From IMG/VR virus record IMGVR_UViG_3300050581_000228: DNA of 64,000 nt. The stretch is one strand, 5' to 3'. The notes under the pieces were generated by a model, which had not been told where the DNA came from, searched no databases, and worked only from the letters and a program-made list of their open reading frames with translations. The DNA comes from a virus. Lineage: Duplodnaviria; Heunggongvirae; Uroviricota; Caudoviricetes. Below, piece by piece: positions 25,405 to 35,226 of this stretch. A program made the position numbers and the translations under genes. The number at the start of each line of letters is the position of its first letter. Within the stretch, counting starts at the first letter, position 1.

Positions 25405-25444
25405 GGAAAACTCTAGGGGTTGGTTTGTTGAAAGTCGGGATCAG

Positions 25445-26326
25445 TCAGCTTGAATTCACGGGCGCATCCAACACCTGCCTTTCTCTACATTGGCGAACTT
25501 TCGCCTCTAGCTCTCGCACGCTGTCTCGATCGAGATGGCAGGCCCAACGCAAGCCCGCATAGAAGCCGTCGAGCGGATTCTGGCACCCCTCGGTTGCGCA
25601 GATCAACGCTCCGACTTGTCTCTTCGCTAGCTCGATCTCGATGTCCTTCATGTGACGAAGATGGCCCTGCGCCCGGAACGGGTCCGAGTAGAAGGCGTCC
25701 ATCTTGCCCTGCTTGACCGCCTCTCTGAATTGCTTGACGCACGCTGCCGCAATGGGCCTGAACTCCCTGGGCGGCGTGATCTTGGCCCGATCCACGTAGT
25801 CCCGTTGCATGGACCGTGGAATCTTGGCCAGCATGTAGGCGTTCTCGATGGGAATCTCGCCCCGATCGACCATCACCTGAATCTCTCTCAGGAGATTGGC
25901 CAGTTCGAGGCACTTCCCGACCCATTTCGGTGACTTGCGGATGAGACAAGCCAACTCGCCTTGGGTCATGCCAGGGTTGCGTAGCAGCAACCTTTTAAGC
26001 TGCTGGGCATATTCGGCCTGCTTCGTCTCCGGCGAGATCGCGTTCGCCTGGAGCATCAGGACCAGAGCCTCGTCATCGCTACACTCCCTGATGATGCAGG
26101 GCAGCGTATCCCGCCCTGCTTCCTTGGCGGCGGCGTAGCGCTGGAGGCCATTGATGATCTCGTAAAGCCCGTCGCCGAAAGGGCGAACAAGGATTGATTG
26201 CAGGACGCCTTTCTCCCGGACGCTCTCGCGCAATTCCAGGTATTCAACGCTGTCCCGATTCACGCCCCGTAGCTTGACCTTCGGCTCCCGCAGGACGTGG
26301 ACCGGCAAGGTCTCCAATCGGTCCAT
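25445..26326 (-). CDS. ParB/Spo0J-like N-terminal domain protein
   Basis: ILVRPFGDGLYEIINGLQRYAAAKEAG matches the ParB N-terminal box. Confidence 0.7.
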   Translation of the reverse strand: MDRLETLPVHVLREPKVKLRGVNRDSVEYLELRESVREKGVLQSILVRPFGDGLYEIINGLQRYAAAKEAGRDTLPCIIRECSDDEALVLMLQANAISPETKQAEYAQQLKRLLLRNPGMTQGELACLIRKSPKWVGKCLELANLLREIQVMVDRGEIPIENAYMLAKIPRSMQRDYVDRAKITPPREFRPIAAACVKQFREAVKQGKMDAFYSDPFRAQGHLRHMKDIEIELAKRQVGALICATEGCQNPLDGFYAGLRWACHLDRDSVRELEAKVRQCRERQVLDAPVNSS

Positions 26327-26356
26327 GCGGGCCTCCGTTGCTTTACTGTCATACCG

Positions 26357-26508
26357 ATACAGTAGGGTAAAAAGACGAAAAATGTGACTGCGACATCGCC
26401 AGCCTCGAAAAAACGTGGAACGAAGGCCGGTTGTAACGCCGCGTCAATTACTGGCCTCTATTGCCATCTGCTTTCGCGGTCACATTTTTCAGGCATTTAC
26501 CCTACTGT
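26357..26508. promoter_or_regulatory. large palindromic element upstream of the primase gene (candidate operator or origin)
   Basis: Arm ATACAGTAGGGTAAAAAGACGAAAAATGTGAC at 26357-26388 faces the inverted arm GTCACATTTTTCAGGCATTTACCCTACTGTA at 26478-26508, with GCCGCGTCAAT between. These are A/T-rich patches in GC-rich DNA. A homologous single-arm module sits at 61486-61561. Confidence 0.4.
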
Positions 26509-26587
26509 AATAGCAGAACAGTTAATTCTCGCCGCTCTGGCAATCCGCGCCCCACTCTGGGGCGTCCTCTATCTAATAGGAGCCACG

Positions 26588-29296
26588 ATGCCCAAGCTCT
26601 CGGAAGCCATCTTCAACTTCATCAACGCTCGCAAGACGACCAACGCCGATCTGGTCGAGCGTTGGCACATTGGCATGGAGACGCAAGTCAACGTCGCAGC
26701 CGATAAGGGCGAACCAGTGGACGGGAAGCGTTCCACTTACACGGATAGTGAATACGAATGGTTTAACGTCAGGGTGCCCAAGAACGCCGCCAGCGAGCCG
26801 GAGTTCCGTGATTACGAACTCAGGTGGCCCCTGGACCTTCACGTCGAAGGCATCGGCATGACCGGCTGGGACTGGCAAGCCCGACAGTCCCGCTGGGTGG
26901 CGTTTGACTTCGACTCATTGACGGCCCATGCCAAGGGCATCGGGGTCAGTAACGAGGAACTCGAACGCATTAAGCGCGCTGCAATGGCTTGGCCTGGTGC
27001 CGAGATTCGCAAGAGCACCGGCGGGGCCGGCATCCATATTTATGTCTTCCTGGATGGCATCCCGACCGAGAACCACACGGTCCACGCCGCGCTGGCCCGC
27101 TGCATCCTTGGCATGATGTCCTCGGAGACCGGCTTCGACTTTGCCAGCCAGATCGACTGCTGCGGCGGCAATATGTGGTTCTGGCATCGAAAGATGACGG
27201 CCGCAAACGAGGGCCTCACGCTCCTCAAGAAGTCAGAGAAAATGCTGACTGAGGCTGACCTGCCGCCCAACTGGCGGGACCACATCGAGGTCATCACCCG
27301 GCGACGGTCCAAGATTCGCGTGCAAATGAATGATGAGTACCTTGATCCCTTCGAGGCCCTCACGTCTGCCCGCCGAATTGTGCCGCTGGACGAAACCCAC
27401 AAGCAGATCATGGACGAACTTGCCCATTCCGGGTTCACCACGATCTGGGTGCCTGACCACCACTTGTGCCAGACACACACTTGTGCTTTGGCAAAGCTGA
27501 TGGAGACGGGCAAGTACCAGGGCATCTACAAGACCAACTCCCAGGGTAAGAACCCCGGTAGCCCGAACTGCTTCATGTTCCCCTTGGATCATGGCGGCTG
27601 GCGGGTTTACCGCTTTTCGCCCGGCGTCAACGAGGCGGAGACCTGGAGCCAGGACCGGGAGGGGTGGACCAACTGCTACTTCAACTGCCGCCCTAACTTG
27701 GCCACCGCCGCCAAGGCGGTAGGTGGCCAAGAAGACCCGGATCATGGCGGGTTCGTGTTCAAGAACTCGGCCGAAGCGAAGAAGGCAGTCGAGGCGATCG
27801 GACAGAAGATCGACTTGCCCGAGAAGTATCTGAATCCGAAATCGAGTCGCCGGGTCAGGCTGAAAGCCCACAAGGACGGCCGGCTGGTAATGCAAATCAG
27901 CAAGAAAGCAGGCGAGAAGGATAAGGGGCTGGAAGGCTGGGTGAGCAAGAACGACAAATGGGTCAAGGTCTTCGACGTGATGGCGGACACGAAACGCGAT
28001 GACCTATCGCACGCCGAGTACGACAACGTAGTTCGCCAATTGGTTACGCCAACGGGTGAAGATGCCGGTTGGCACCTTTTTGCCGAGGACAAGACATGGC
28101 AACGCTTCGGAACGGAGAAAATCAAGTTGCATTTGCACTCGACGGGCCATCCGAAACCCGAAGTCGAATTGATCCTGGGAAGCATGATCGGCAGAGCCTG
28201 GAAGCTGGTCAACGTCCCCTTCCAGCCCGAATATCCAGGCAACCGTCAATGGAATCTCCGCGCGGCACAGTACGCCTACCAGCCTGTAAGCCTTGAGAAC
28301 GACCAGGTGCCACAGCACCTCCATTGGGATCGCGTGCTCAAACACTGTGGTCAGGACTTGGATGCAGCGGTGCGGGAAAGCGAGTGGTGTGGACTTCACA
28401 ACATCAAGTCGGGAGCCGACTACCTGCTGTACTGGATCGCCTTCGTGCTGCGTGATCCGTTCCAAGCTCTGCCCTACCTGTTCCTGTATGGAAACCAGAA
28501 CAGCGGCAAGTCGATCTTGCACCAAGCGTTCGGGTTGCTGATGACCTCGGGAGTGGCCTCGGCCGACCGCGCGCTCAACACCAGTACGGACTTCAACGGC
28601 GAGCTTGCCAATTGCGTGCTCGCGTACATCGAAGAAACCGACCTCTCGGCGCATGGGGGCAGGGCTTACAACCGCATCAAGGATTGGACCACGAATGACG
28701 ACTTCTGGGTGCGGCGGATGCACACCGACGCCTATAAGCAGCGCAATACCCTGCACTTCATCCAGACGGGCAACCGCCTCACCAACGTCTATTTGGAGTC
28801 AGGCGATACGCGGATCGTCGTGATCTATGTGCCGGACTTGCTGCCGGGCGAAGAGGTTGCAAAGAACACGCTGGTTGCCAAGCTGAAGGAAGAGGCTCCG
28901 CATTTCATGCGGACGGTCATGGACCTCACTCTTCCGTCGCCCTTCGGCCGTCTGGGGTTGCCGCCGCTACGGACCAACAACAAGGAGCGGGCAGAAGAAA
29001 TGAACAGCACCGCGATTGAGACTTTCATCAACGAGCAGTGCTTTCAGGTGCCGGGCGAGATGGTCGAGTTCAGCGTCTTTTACAAGCGGTTCCTCGACTG
29101 GTTGCCGGAAGGAACTCGCTACATCTGGAAGAAAGGGGTCGTCGTCGATGAGGTCAAACGGCATTTCCCATTCGGGGGCTACACCGGCAACAAACGAATG
29201 ATCGGCAACTTGTCCTTTGAGGAAAAGACGCCAGCACCGGACGCGAAGCCCTGGATCAGCGTGGACAACAAACTGGTACGGAAGGAAGACGCATGA
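26588..29296 (+). CDS. primase-polymerase / SF3 (D5/P4-alpha-like) helicase fusion
   Basis: Start at MPKLSE preceded by AGGAG. Prim-pol-like GGAGIHIYVFLDG region. C-terminal P-loop GNQNSGKS and downstream helicase motifs. Confidence 0.75.
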   Translation: MPKLSEAIFNFINARKTTNADLVERWHIGMETQVNVAADKGEPVDGKRSTYTDSEYEWFNVRVPKNAASEPEFRDYELRWPLDLHVEGIGMTGWDWQARQSRWVAFDFDSLTAHAKGIGVSNEELERIKRAAMAWPGAEIRKSTGGAGIHIYVFLDGIPTENHTVHAALARCILGMMSSETGFDFASQIDCCGGNMWFWHRKMTAANEGLTLLKKSEKMLTEADLPPNWRDHIEVITRRRSKIRVQMNDEYLDPFEALTSARRIVPLDETHKQIMDELAHSGFTTIWVPDHHLCQTHTCALAKLMETGKYQGIYKTNSQGKNPGSPNCFMFPLDHGGWRVYRFSPGVNEAETWSQDREGWTNCYFNCRPNLATAAKAVGGQEDPDHGGFVFKNSAEAKKAVEAIGQKIDLPEKYLNPKSSRRVRLKAHKDGRLVMQISKKAGEKDKGLEGWVSKNDKWVKVFDVMADTKRDDLSHAEYDNVVRQLVTPTGEDAGWHLFAEDKTWQRFGTEKIKLHLHSTGHPKPEVELILGSMIGRAWKLVNVPFQPEYPGNRQWNLRAAQYAYQPVSLENDQVPQHLHWDRVLKHCGQDLDAAVRESEWCGLHNIKSGADYLLYWIAFVLRDPFQALPYLFLYGNQNSGKSILHQAFGLLMTSGVASADRALNTSTDFNGELANCVLAYIEETDLSAHGGRAYNRIKDWTTNDDFWVRRMHTDAYKQRNTLHFIQTGNRLTNVYLESGDTRIVVIYVPDLLPGEEVAKNTLVAKLKEEAPHFMRTVMDLTLPSPFGRLGLPPLRTNNKERAEEMNSTAIETFINEQCFQVPGEMVEFSVFYKRFLDWLPEGTRYIWKKGVVVDEVKRHFPFGGYTGNKRMIGNLSFEEKTPAPDAKPWISVDNKLVRKEDA

Positions 29297-30069
29297 AGAT
29301 CATCGCCATCGGCCATTATCGACGTGTCGGCAAGGACACATTCGCCAACTACCTGATCGAGAAGGTCCGGCACCTGAACCCGCGCCTGCGGGTTGGCAAG
29401 CGGTCCTGGGCCTGGAAGCTCAAGCAAGTCTGCCACGAGCTTTACGGCTGGGCCGGATTGCGCGAGCCGGAATACTACGAGACGGAGCCGGGGGCCAGTG
29501 AGCGGGAGATTGTCTTGCCAGCGCTTGGCAAGAGTCCCCGCCAAGTCTGGATCGACTTCGGCACTCCGGCCGTCCGTGAGCAGGTCTACGATCGCACTTG
29601 GCTCGATTACCTGCTCAAGGGCGAGCATGATCTGGATGTCATGCTCATTCCCGACACGCGATTCCTCAACGAAGCAAACGCCGTTCTGGAGCTTGGCGGC
29701 GAACTCATCAAGGTCGTTCGGCCCGGCTTCGGGCCGGGGCCGAACAAGCCCGACCGGGAGCTTTTGGGCTTCAAGCGGTGGAGCAACGTGATCGGCGAGA
29801 CGGGCGAGCTTCGCCACCTGGAGCTTTGGGCAGCCCGCTACGCGGCCTGGCTTTGCGGCGCGGAGAAGCCGGAACGGACGCCAGAGGAGATGCAGGAGGC
29901 GCTCAAGAGTGTCGAGCCGTGGGAGGCTGCGAAGAACGAAAAACCGAGGACAAGGACAACGAGAAAGTGCTGGTATGACCAAGACCTACTCCGGCCTCGT
30001 CCATTTGAACGGCAATCTCCTGGCCTCGATCGACCTGGAGACTACTGGTCTTCAGGCCGGCTACCATGA
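29293..30069 (+). CDS. deoxynucleoside monophosphate kinase-like P-loop kinase
   Basis: MKIIAIGHYRRVGKDT resembles the T4 dNMP kinase GxxRSGKDT P-loop. ATGA overlap with the primase stop. The 3' end overlaps the next gene, so the true end may be earlier. Confidence 0.5.
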   Translation: MKIIAIGHYRRVGKDTFANYLIEKVRHLNPRLRVGKRSWAWKLKQVCHELYGWAGLREPEYYETEPGASEREIVLPALGKSPRQVWIDFGTPAVREQVYDRTWLDYLLKGEHDLDVMLIPDTRFLNEANAVLELGGELIKVVRPGFGPGPNKPDRELLGFKRWSNVIGETGELRHLELWAARYAAWLCGAEKPERTPEEMQEALKSVEPWEAAKNEKPRTRTTRKCWYDQDLLRPRPFERQSPGLDRPGDYWSSGRLP

Positions 30070-30595
30070 GCCGATCCAGATCGCCGTGGTGCCGCTGAAC
30101 AGCGACATCCGGCCCTTGGAGGGCGTGCGCCCGTTCTATACGACGATCAGGCCCGAGCACCCGGAGCGACAACAGAAGCGGGTTGGCTACGTCCACGGCC
30201 TCAAGATGGAGGATTTGGTACTCCATGCTCCAGAAGCCGGGAAAGTGGCCGATCTCCTCGTCGAATGGTGGGAAAAGCTCGATCTTCCGGTTGGTAAGCA
30301 GCTTGTGCCGTTGGCTCACAACTGGGCCTTCGAGTCGAAGTTTTTGCAAGCCTGGCTGGGCATCGGCTTGGCAGATACGCTATTCTCCGGCCACGCGCGG
30401 GACGCCATGCTCTTTGCCCTGGCCCTGAACGACAAGGCGGCCTTCATGGGCCTGCCGGCCCCATTCGCTCGGGTCGGGCTGGGTTCGATCTGCAAGCGGT
30501 TTGGCATTGTGAATGACAATCCGCATGATGCCCTGTGTGACGCGATTGCTGAGGCAGAATGCTACCGAGCGATGCTGACGATGGACCTGCTATGA
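29975..30595 (+). CDS. DnaQ-like (DEDDh) 3'-5' exonuclease
   Basis: Start MTKTYSGL. Exo I IDLETTGL, Exo II HNWAFE, Exo III HDALCDA. Confidence 0.8.
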   Translation: MTKTYSGLVHLNGNLLASIDLETTGLQAGYHEPIQIAVVPLNSDIRPLEGVRPFYTTIRPEHPERQQKRVGYVHGLKMEDLVLHAPEAGKVADLLVEWWEKLDLPVGKQLVPLAHNWAFESKFLQAWLGIGLADTLFSGHARDAMLFALALNDKAAFMGLPAPFARVGLGSICKRFGIVNDNPHDALCDAIAEAECYRAMLTMDLL

Positions 30596-30606
30596 CACGA
30601 AGAAGG

Positions 30607-30643
30607 GCGCTCAGGCGTTGACCCGAGCGCCCTTTTTGTTTGC
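30607..30643 (+). terminator. rho-independent terminator
   Basis: GGGCGCTC-aggcgttgaccc-GAGCGCCC followed by TTTTTGTTT. Confidence 0.6.
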
Positions 30644-30646
30644 GCT

Positions 30647-30829
30647 TCACTTGCCCTTGCGGTGAAATCCTCTCAAGGTCTTCGCCAGTGCGATTTGTCG
30701 CTTCGTTGTTCCCGAGATGTTCCTCGGCGGATGGGCCATGAACTCGGCCAGGCTCATGTGAGCAGACTTGGCCTTTCTTGTCAACGCGCCAGGATGTTCG
30801 ATGGCACCCTGAATCCACTTCTTTGCCAT
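30647..30829 (-). CDS. small conserved hypothetical protein
   Basis: 60 aa, MAKKWIQGAIEHPGALTRKAKSAHMSLAEFMAHPP; basic. Confidence 0.35.
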   Translation of the reverse strand: MAKKWIQGAIEHPGALTRKAKSAHMSLAEFMAHPPRNISGTTKRQIALAKTLRGFHRKGK

Positions 30830-30840
30830 TATTGATGCCC

Positions 30841-31758
30841 TTATGTGTAGTACGACCCATCAGGCCAGGTGATGATGCGCAACTGAAAGTACGTGCGAGG
30901 TTCAGAGGCCATAGGCGGCAACACATATTGTCCACCAGTGGTTGGTGAAACAAACCTACGAGTGCCATCCTCGGCGGTAGCGATCGTAGGGATGCGACCG
31001 TCTACGTAGTAAGTATCTTCGTATTCTTCGCCTTCCTGACCAGGCCCAGGCGGATAGAAAGAGCGCCCGTAGTATGAATAATTTCGCATCCCCTCCCACA
31101 ATCCTGGGATGCCGAAGTCTAGTGACGCCGCGTCACCAAGAAACCACACGTCCATAGGTTCCCAATGATACATCATTGTGAACGTATTCACCGCAAACAC
31201 AGAAATCCACCACTCGGGAGCGTTCGGCGCGGGCACAGCACGTCCCGCTGCAATCATGTTGAAATGATCGAATGTCCCCAACGGGGCCTCTCGCCATTTT
31301 TTCGAGTACACGATGTACTCCGTGCCGGTTTCGGCTGGGCCACCAAACGGCGACGGTCTGTACGGCAGATTGTACAGGACGTTTGCCTCCCCTGCGTCAT
31401 ACAGATCGTTGAAAGCCGTCATTCTCCCTATGGGATTGACCGTATGGCGGAAGTAATGCTGTGGCCACACCGAGGCAATATGGTTTCGCATAGTGGTTAT
31501 GTCCGCCTGTCGCAACCACGTTTGGTTGGGAGGCAGCAATGGCAGGCCGGCCCCCAGGACCGTATAGGCGTTGTAGAGATTGATGCGGCCGTTCCAGAGG
31601 TCTCGGGTGAGAACAAGTCCTGGTGGTCCGGGATAATCCATCATTGACATTGGCTTGCATCCTACTGATACGACTGATGAGTTGCCAAACCCTGGCGATC
31701 GGCCTGGGAAGTCAGTAGCTTGAAAACCCTGCAATCGGCGAAATCCACCAACTTGCAC
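30841..31758 (-). CDS. hypothetical (virion-associated?) protein
   Basis: 305 aa, Trp/Tyr/Pro rich; last gene of the minus-strand structural block. Confidence 0.4.
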   Translation of the reverse strand: MQVGGFRRLQGFQATDFPGRSPGFGNSSVVSVGCKPMSMMDYPGPPGLVLTRDLWNGRINLYNAYTVLGAGLPLLPPNQTWLRQADITTMRNHIASVWPQHYFRHTVNPIGRMTAFNDLYDAGEANVLYNLPYRPSPFGGPAETGTEYIVYSKKWREAPLGTFDHFNMIAAGRAVPAPNAPEWWISVFAVNTFTMMYHWEPMDVWFLGDAASLDFGIPGLWEGMRNYSYYGRSFYPPGPGQEGEEYEDTYYVDGRIPTIATAEDGTRRFVSPTTGGQYVLPPMASEPRTYFQLRIITWPDGSYYT

Positions 31759-32237
31759 CGGCTGATATGTACGCCGAACTGTCGGAGTTCCTTGCGAACC
31801 TCGTGCGTCAGCGTCTTGGTTAGACTCTCGCCTGCGATTCCCTGCATTATCTCGTCGTAAGTGTGCGTGGCGATCACGCGAATGACGGCCGATTGCGTCA
31901 GATCGTTAATCGTCGTGTCCACGTCCCAGTTGACCCTGCCGATCGCCCGCACCACGTCGGGAATCCTGTAGACCACAAGGGTCTTGACGACGACCTTCTT
32001 CCCGTCCTTGGTCATCATCACCTGGTCGGGGATGGCAAGGGTCTGGCGGGCCGTCACGATAACTTCCACGTCCGTCGTTAGCGGCCAGTAGATATGCAGA
32101 CCGGGCGCGAGGGCCACAATCCTCCTCCCGTACACCCACTTCACTGCCCCATGTGTGGCACGAATGATGAGGATGCGCGGAAAGAACTGAAAGACGGCTT
32201 GAAACAACTCGTTCAGCCAGGCGAACGCGCTTTCCAT
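31662..32237 (-). CDS. SPFH/band-7-like domain protein (tentative)
   Basis: Start MESAFAWLNELFQ. VVKTLVVYRIPDVVRAIGRVNWDVDTTINDLTQSAVIRVIATHTYDEIMQ resembles the SPFH core. Confidence 0.4.
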   Translation of the reverse strand: MESAFAWLNELFQAVFQFFPRILIIRATHGAVKWVYGRRIVALAPGLHIYWPLTTDVEVIVTARQTLAIPDQVMMTKDGKKVVVKTLVVYRIPDVVRAIGRVNWDVDTTINDLTQSAVIRVIATHTYDEIMQGIAGESLTKTLTHEVRKELRQFGVHISRCKLVDFADCRVFKLLTSQADRQGLATHQSYQ

Positions 32238-32241
32238 CGGA

Positions 32242-34821
32242 TTACTCCAGGAGGTAGGCCCTGCCGGCGGCAAACTTGTTGGGCGAGTTGACCCCATCCC
32301 AGTGGAAATCAAAGCTGCCTCGATTCGTGCCGTCGTTCAGAACCGCATTGGTGTCCATCTCCAACTTCTCGTCCTTAACCTGCTTGAAGAAGCTGTCGAG
32401 CTTCGTCGATTCCTTCGTCGTCGAGTCCGTAATGATCGTGTTGTGAATGTCGATCACGGAGATGCCCCCTGAACTGCCGCCTGGGGCATAAGGATTTTTC
32501 TGGTAGTCAGGAGTGGTGTGGCTCGGCCTTGTGGGGTCCACCTGCGCCCGGTCTGCCAATGGCGGCGGATTCAACGGCTTCTGATCGCCCTGGTCCGAAG
32601 GCTTCTTGTCGCCGTAATCCTGGTGTGTTCGGTAGCCGCTGATAGTGACAATGGTGCCTCCGCTCAGGTCGCCGTCTGCGCTCTTGCCGATGCCGTTGCC
32701 ACCCGCGTTTCCCGCATACTCCTCCTCCACGGTCGGAAAGATCAAGTTCTGATCCACATCCGCCGGCCAGGCGAAATCGTAGGCGGTCATGGAGCCGGCC
32801 TTCACTGGCGTCCAGACCTCAAAGGCGATCTCATTGCCGGCCGAATCGAAGTTGGCCTGCTCGACGATGCCCGTCACCTGCCCTGTCGAGACGTAGTTCT
32901 GCGAGAAGTTGAGAGTGACCGGATCGAGCGTTTCAAGCTGGAGCTTGTTGATGAACGTGCGGAACCGAATCTTCTTCCATGTGTTGGCCATGCGGATCAG
33001 CCAGAACGTGGCGCTCTTGATGACCAACTCCTGGATGTTGTAGATGTAGAATTCCTTGACCTCTTCGTGCGTGCCATACTTCTTGACGTTGTGTTTGAGG
33101 ATCACCTTGTTGGGTTCGTCGGCGGCGTAACTTTGCCGCCATTCGGCTGTGAGCTTTGTCACCAGGTCTTCGGTATCGGTGTGGAAGACCTCCAGCGACT
33201 TGGGAACGATGTCGCTCTGCGAGATCGAGATGGAAGCCGTAGGGGCCTCCGGCAGGTATCGCAAATAGAACTTGTCGCCGCTGAGCCAGATGGCGCAGCG
33301 TGCCTGCCAGGCGATCTCCTCCAGGACTTGAACGATGTTCTTGCGTTCCAGCAGGGCGAAATTGGAGGGGTAGTTCTCCAGCCTGCTCCGAACATGGTTG
33401 AAACTCGCCGTGTCAATCGACAATTCGGGCGTGTAGAGACCGATCAGATAGGATAGGATGTCCACCGTGTTTGGGCCGACATTCGATTGGAAGGTGACGT
33501 ACAGGTCATCCTCCCAGCCTTCGTCCGTATAACTCGAAAGCGGCTTTGGAAGCCGGATGATTGTGGCCGAGATACTGCCAAAGGACTCTGTACGAATGCT
33601 GTAGTAGGAGAGCGGCACAGCAATGAGTCGCTTTACGCCCTCGAAGGCACGTTTTGCGGCGACATTCACCACGGTTCCCGGCACGATAGACACGATGTAG
33701 TCGAGTGGCTCGCTCTCGGCAAGTTTCACCCGGCTGCCCCCTTCGGCCGTGAAGAAGTTGGCGCTGGAGCCGGTGACTTCCTCGCTGTACCAGACTAACT
33801 CGCGCGGGCCGTTATCCGGGTAACGCACGTGAATGTTGATGTTGACGTGAGGCGTGTCCTTCTTCGTAGCGAACTCGGGATGTTCCCTGGCCGTGATATG
33901 AAACACCTGGCCCTCGAAGTAGCCGGTGAAAATGCCGCCATTGATGTCCAGTTTCAATGAGACGTTTTGCGGGAACTTCTCACCGCCCAGAATCGTAACG
34001 GCTGGCTTCTCCTCGGCGCGATGTTCGGCCAACTCGGCGCTGAGTTCAGCGGCTTGCGCGGCTAGTTCCGAGAACCGCTGCCAGGCTTCGGATTCGCGTT
34101 GCGCGTACTCGGCTTCCCCAGCGGCGTCATTGTGGTCATGCGCCCATTGCTTCTGATAGAAGAAGATGAGGGCAATGCTGTTGGTATAAGCCCGCTGCGT
34201 GGCCAGCACGCTAAGCTGCATGGGAATCGTGTAGTCGGCGATTGACACCGCGCTCGTCGTGGTGCCGATGAGCGGCTCCGTGATCTGCAAGGCAGGTACG
34301 TCGAGGGGAGTGCCGAAGATCATGGGCCAAGGCGAGCCGACCAGCTTCTCGGGAATCTGTGCAAAAGCTCCCTCCTCGGCCGAGAAGCCGATCTCGCGGT
34401 CCTCCAGCTTGGAGATGATCGTGAAGGAAACCGTGCGGTCACCTTCATTCCAGGTGATCGGACTGGACACCTGGCCTTGGAAGACGAGGAACTTCTCGCT
34501 CACGGCCAGCCCGTCGAACCACTGGTAGAGCTTGCAGGGCCGCTTGTGGATGTCGTGGGAGTCTAGGATCGCCTTGATCGAGCCGTCCGTGTCATCCAAG
34601 GTGACTTCGATGGATTGGCTCTGCCCGCCGCCGGAAACATTGACCACGGCGTCCAGTTCGCCGATCGAGAGAATCTTGCCCTTGATACCGCCGGCAATGT
34701 CCCGGTCGGCATACTGGACGAAATTGCCCCCATCCACCCATTTGACTTCCAAGATGTTGATCGGTTCGGTTCCGAAGCGGGTGGCGAGCTTCGTCAGCGA
34801 TGCGGCAGAAATGTTTCTCAC
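32242..34821 (-). CDS. large tail/baseplate protein
   Basis: 859 aa, Gly/Ser/Thr rich, in the tail gene block. Confidence 0.5.
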   Translation of the reverse strand: MRNISAASLTKLATRFGTEPINILEVKWVDGGNFVQYADRDIAGGIKGKILSIGELDAVVNVSGGGQSQSIEVTLDDTDGSIKAILDSHDIHKRPCKLYQWFDGLAVSEKFLVFQGQVSSPITWNEGDRTVSFTIISKLEDREIGFSAEEGAFAQIPEKLVGSPWPMIFGTPLDVPALQITEPLIGTTTSAVSIADYTIPMQLSVLATQRAYTNSIALIFFYQKQWAHDHNDAAGEAEYAQRESEAWQRFSELAAQAAELSAELAEHRAEEKPAVTILGGEKFPQNVSLKLDINGGIFTGYFEGQVFHITAREHPEFATKKDTPHVNINIHVRYPDNGPRELVWYSEEVTGSSANFFTAEGGSRVKLAESEPLDYIVSIVPGTVVNVAAKRAFEGVKRLIAVPLSYYSIRTESFGSISATIIRLPKPLSSYTDEGWEDDLYVTFQSNVGPNTVDILSYLIGLYTPELSIDTASFNHVRSRLENYPSNFALLERKNIVQVLEEIAWQARCAIWLSGDKFYLRYLPEAPTASISISQSDIVPKSLEVFHTDTEDLVTKLTAEWRQSYAADEPNKVILKHNVKKYGTHEEVKEFYIYNIQELVIKSATFWLIRMANTWKKIRFRTFINKLQLETLDPVTLNFSQNYVSTGQVTGIVEQANFDSAGNEIAFEVWTPVKAGSMTAYDFAWPADVDQNLIFPTVEEEYAGNAGGNGIGKSADGDLSGGTIVTISGYRTHQDYGDKKPSDQGDQKPLNPPPLADRAQVDPTRPSHTTPDYQKNPYAPGGSSGGISVIDIHNTIITDSTTKESTKLDSFFKQVKDEKLEMDTNAVLNDGTNRGSFDFHWDGVNSPNKFAAGRAYLLE

Positions 34822-35216
34822 TGCTCGACCCCCTCAAACTCAATCGTGATCTCCACGAACTCCCCGCGAGGCATCGGCGCAAGGGCCGGTGCAGCCCGGT
34901 CGCTCGTGTCAAACTCAAACGGGTTGTTGGTGAACCAGCCCACCCAGACCCGCTCGTTGTGGTCCGTCACGCGAATCTTGGCGGCATAGTAGGCTTGGAT
35001 GAAGGCCCTGAGTTCCAGGGCCTTGTTCCTGGTCAGCCGGAAGTTCCATTGCAGATGCCGCCGGCCGTTCTTCGTCTTGACGTAGGTGTAGAGCGTGCCA
35101 TCCATTGCACGCTTCACCATGACCTCATCCGTGAGATTCTCGCCGTCGCCCCATTGCGGGTTGGGCAGCAGAGTCGTGGCCACCGGCGCTGAATGGGGTG
35201 CCTGCATGATGAACAT
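34818..35216 (-). CDS. tail-associated hypothetical protein (domain shared with the C-terminus of the 35227..37557 product)
   Basis: ELRAFIQAYYAAKIRVTDHNERVWVGWFT...EFVEITIEFEGVE parallels ELIRFIREHLGLEIKLSDWEQRVWKGVIT...FSAGFEFEGEL. Confidence 0.45.
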   Translation of the reverse strand: MFIMQAPHSAPVATTLLPNPQWGDGENLTDEVMVKRAMDGTLYTYVKTKNGRRHLQWNFRLTRNKALELRAFIQAYYAAKIRVTDHNERVWVGWFTNNPFEFDTSDRAAPALAPMPRGEFVEITIEFEGVEQ

Positions 35217-35226
35217 GGAAACCTCT

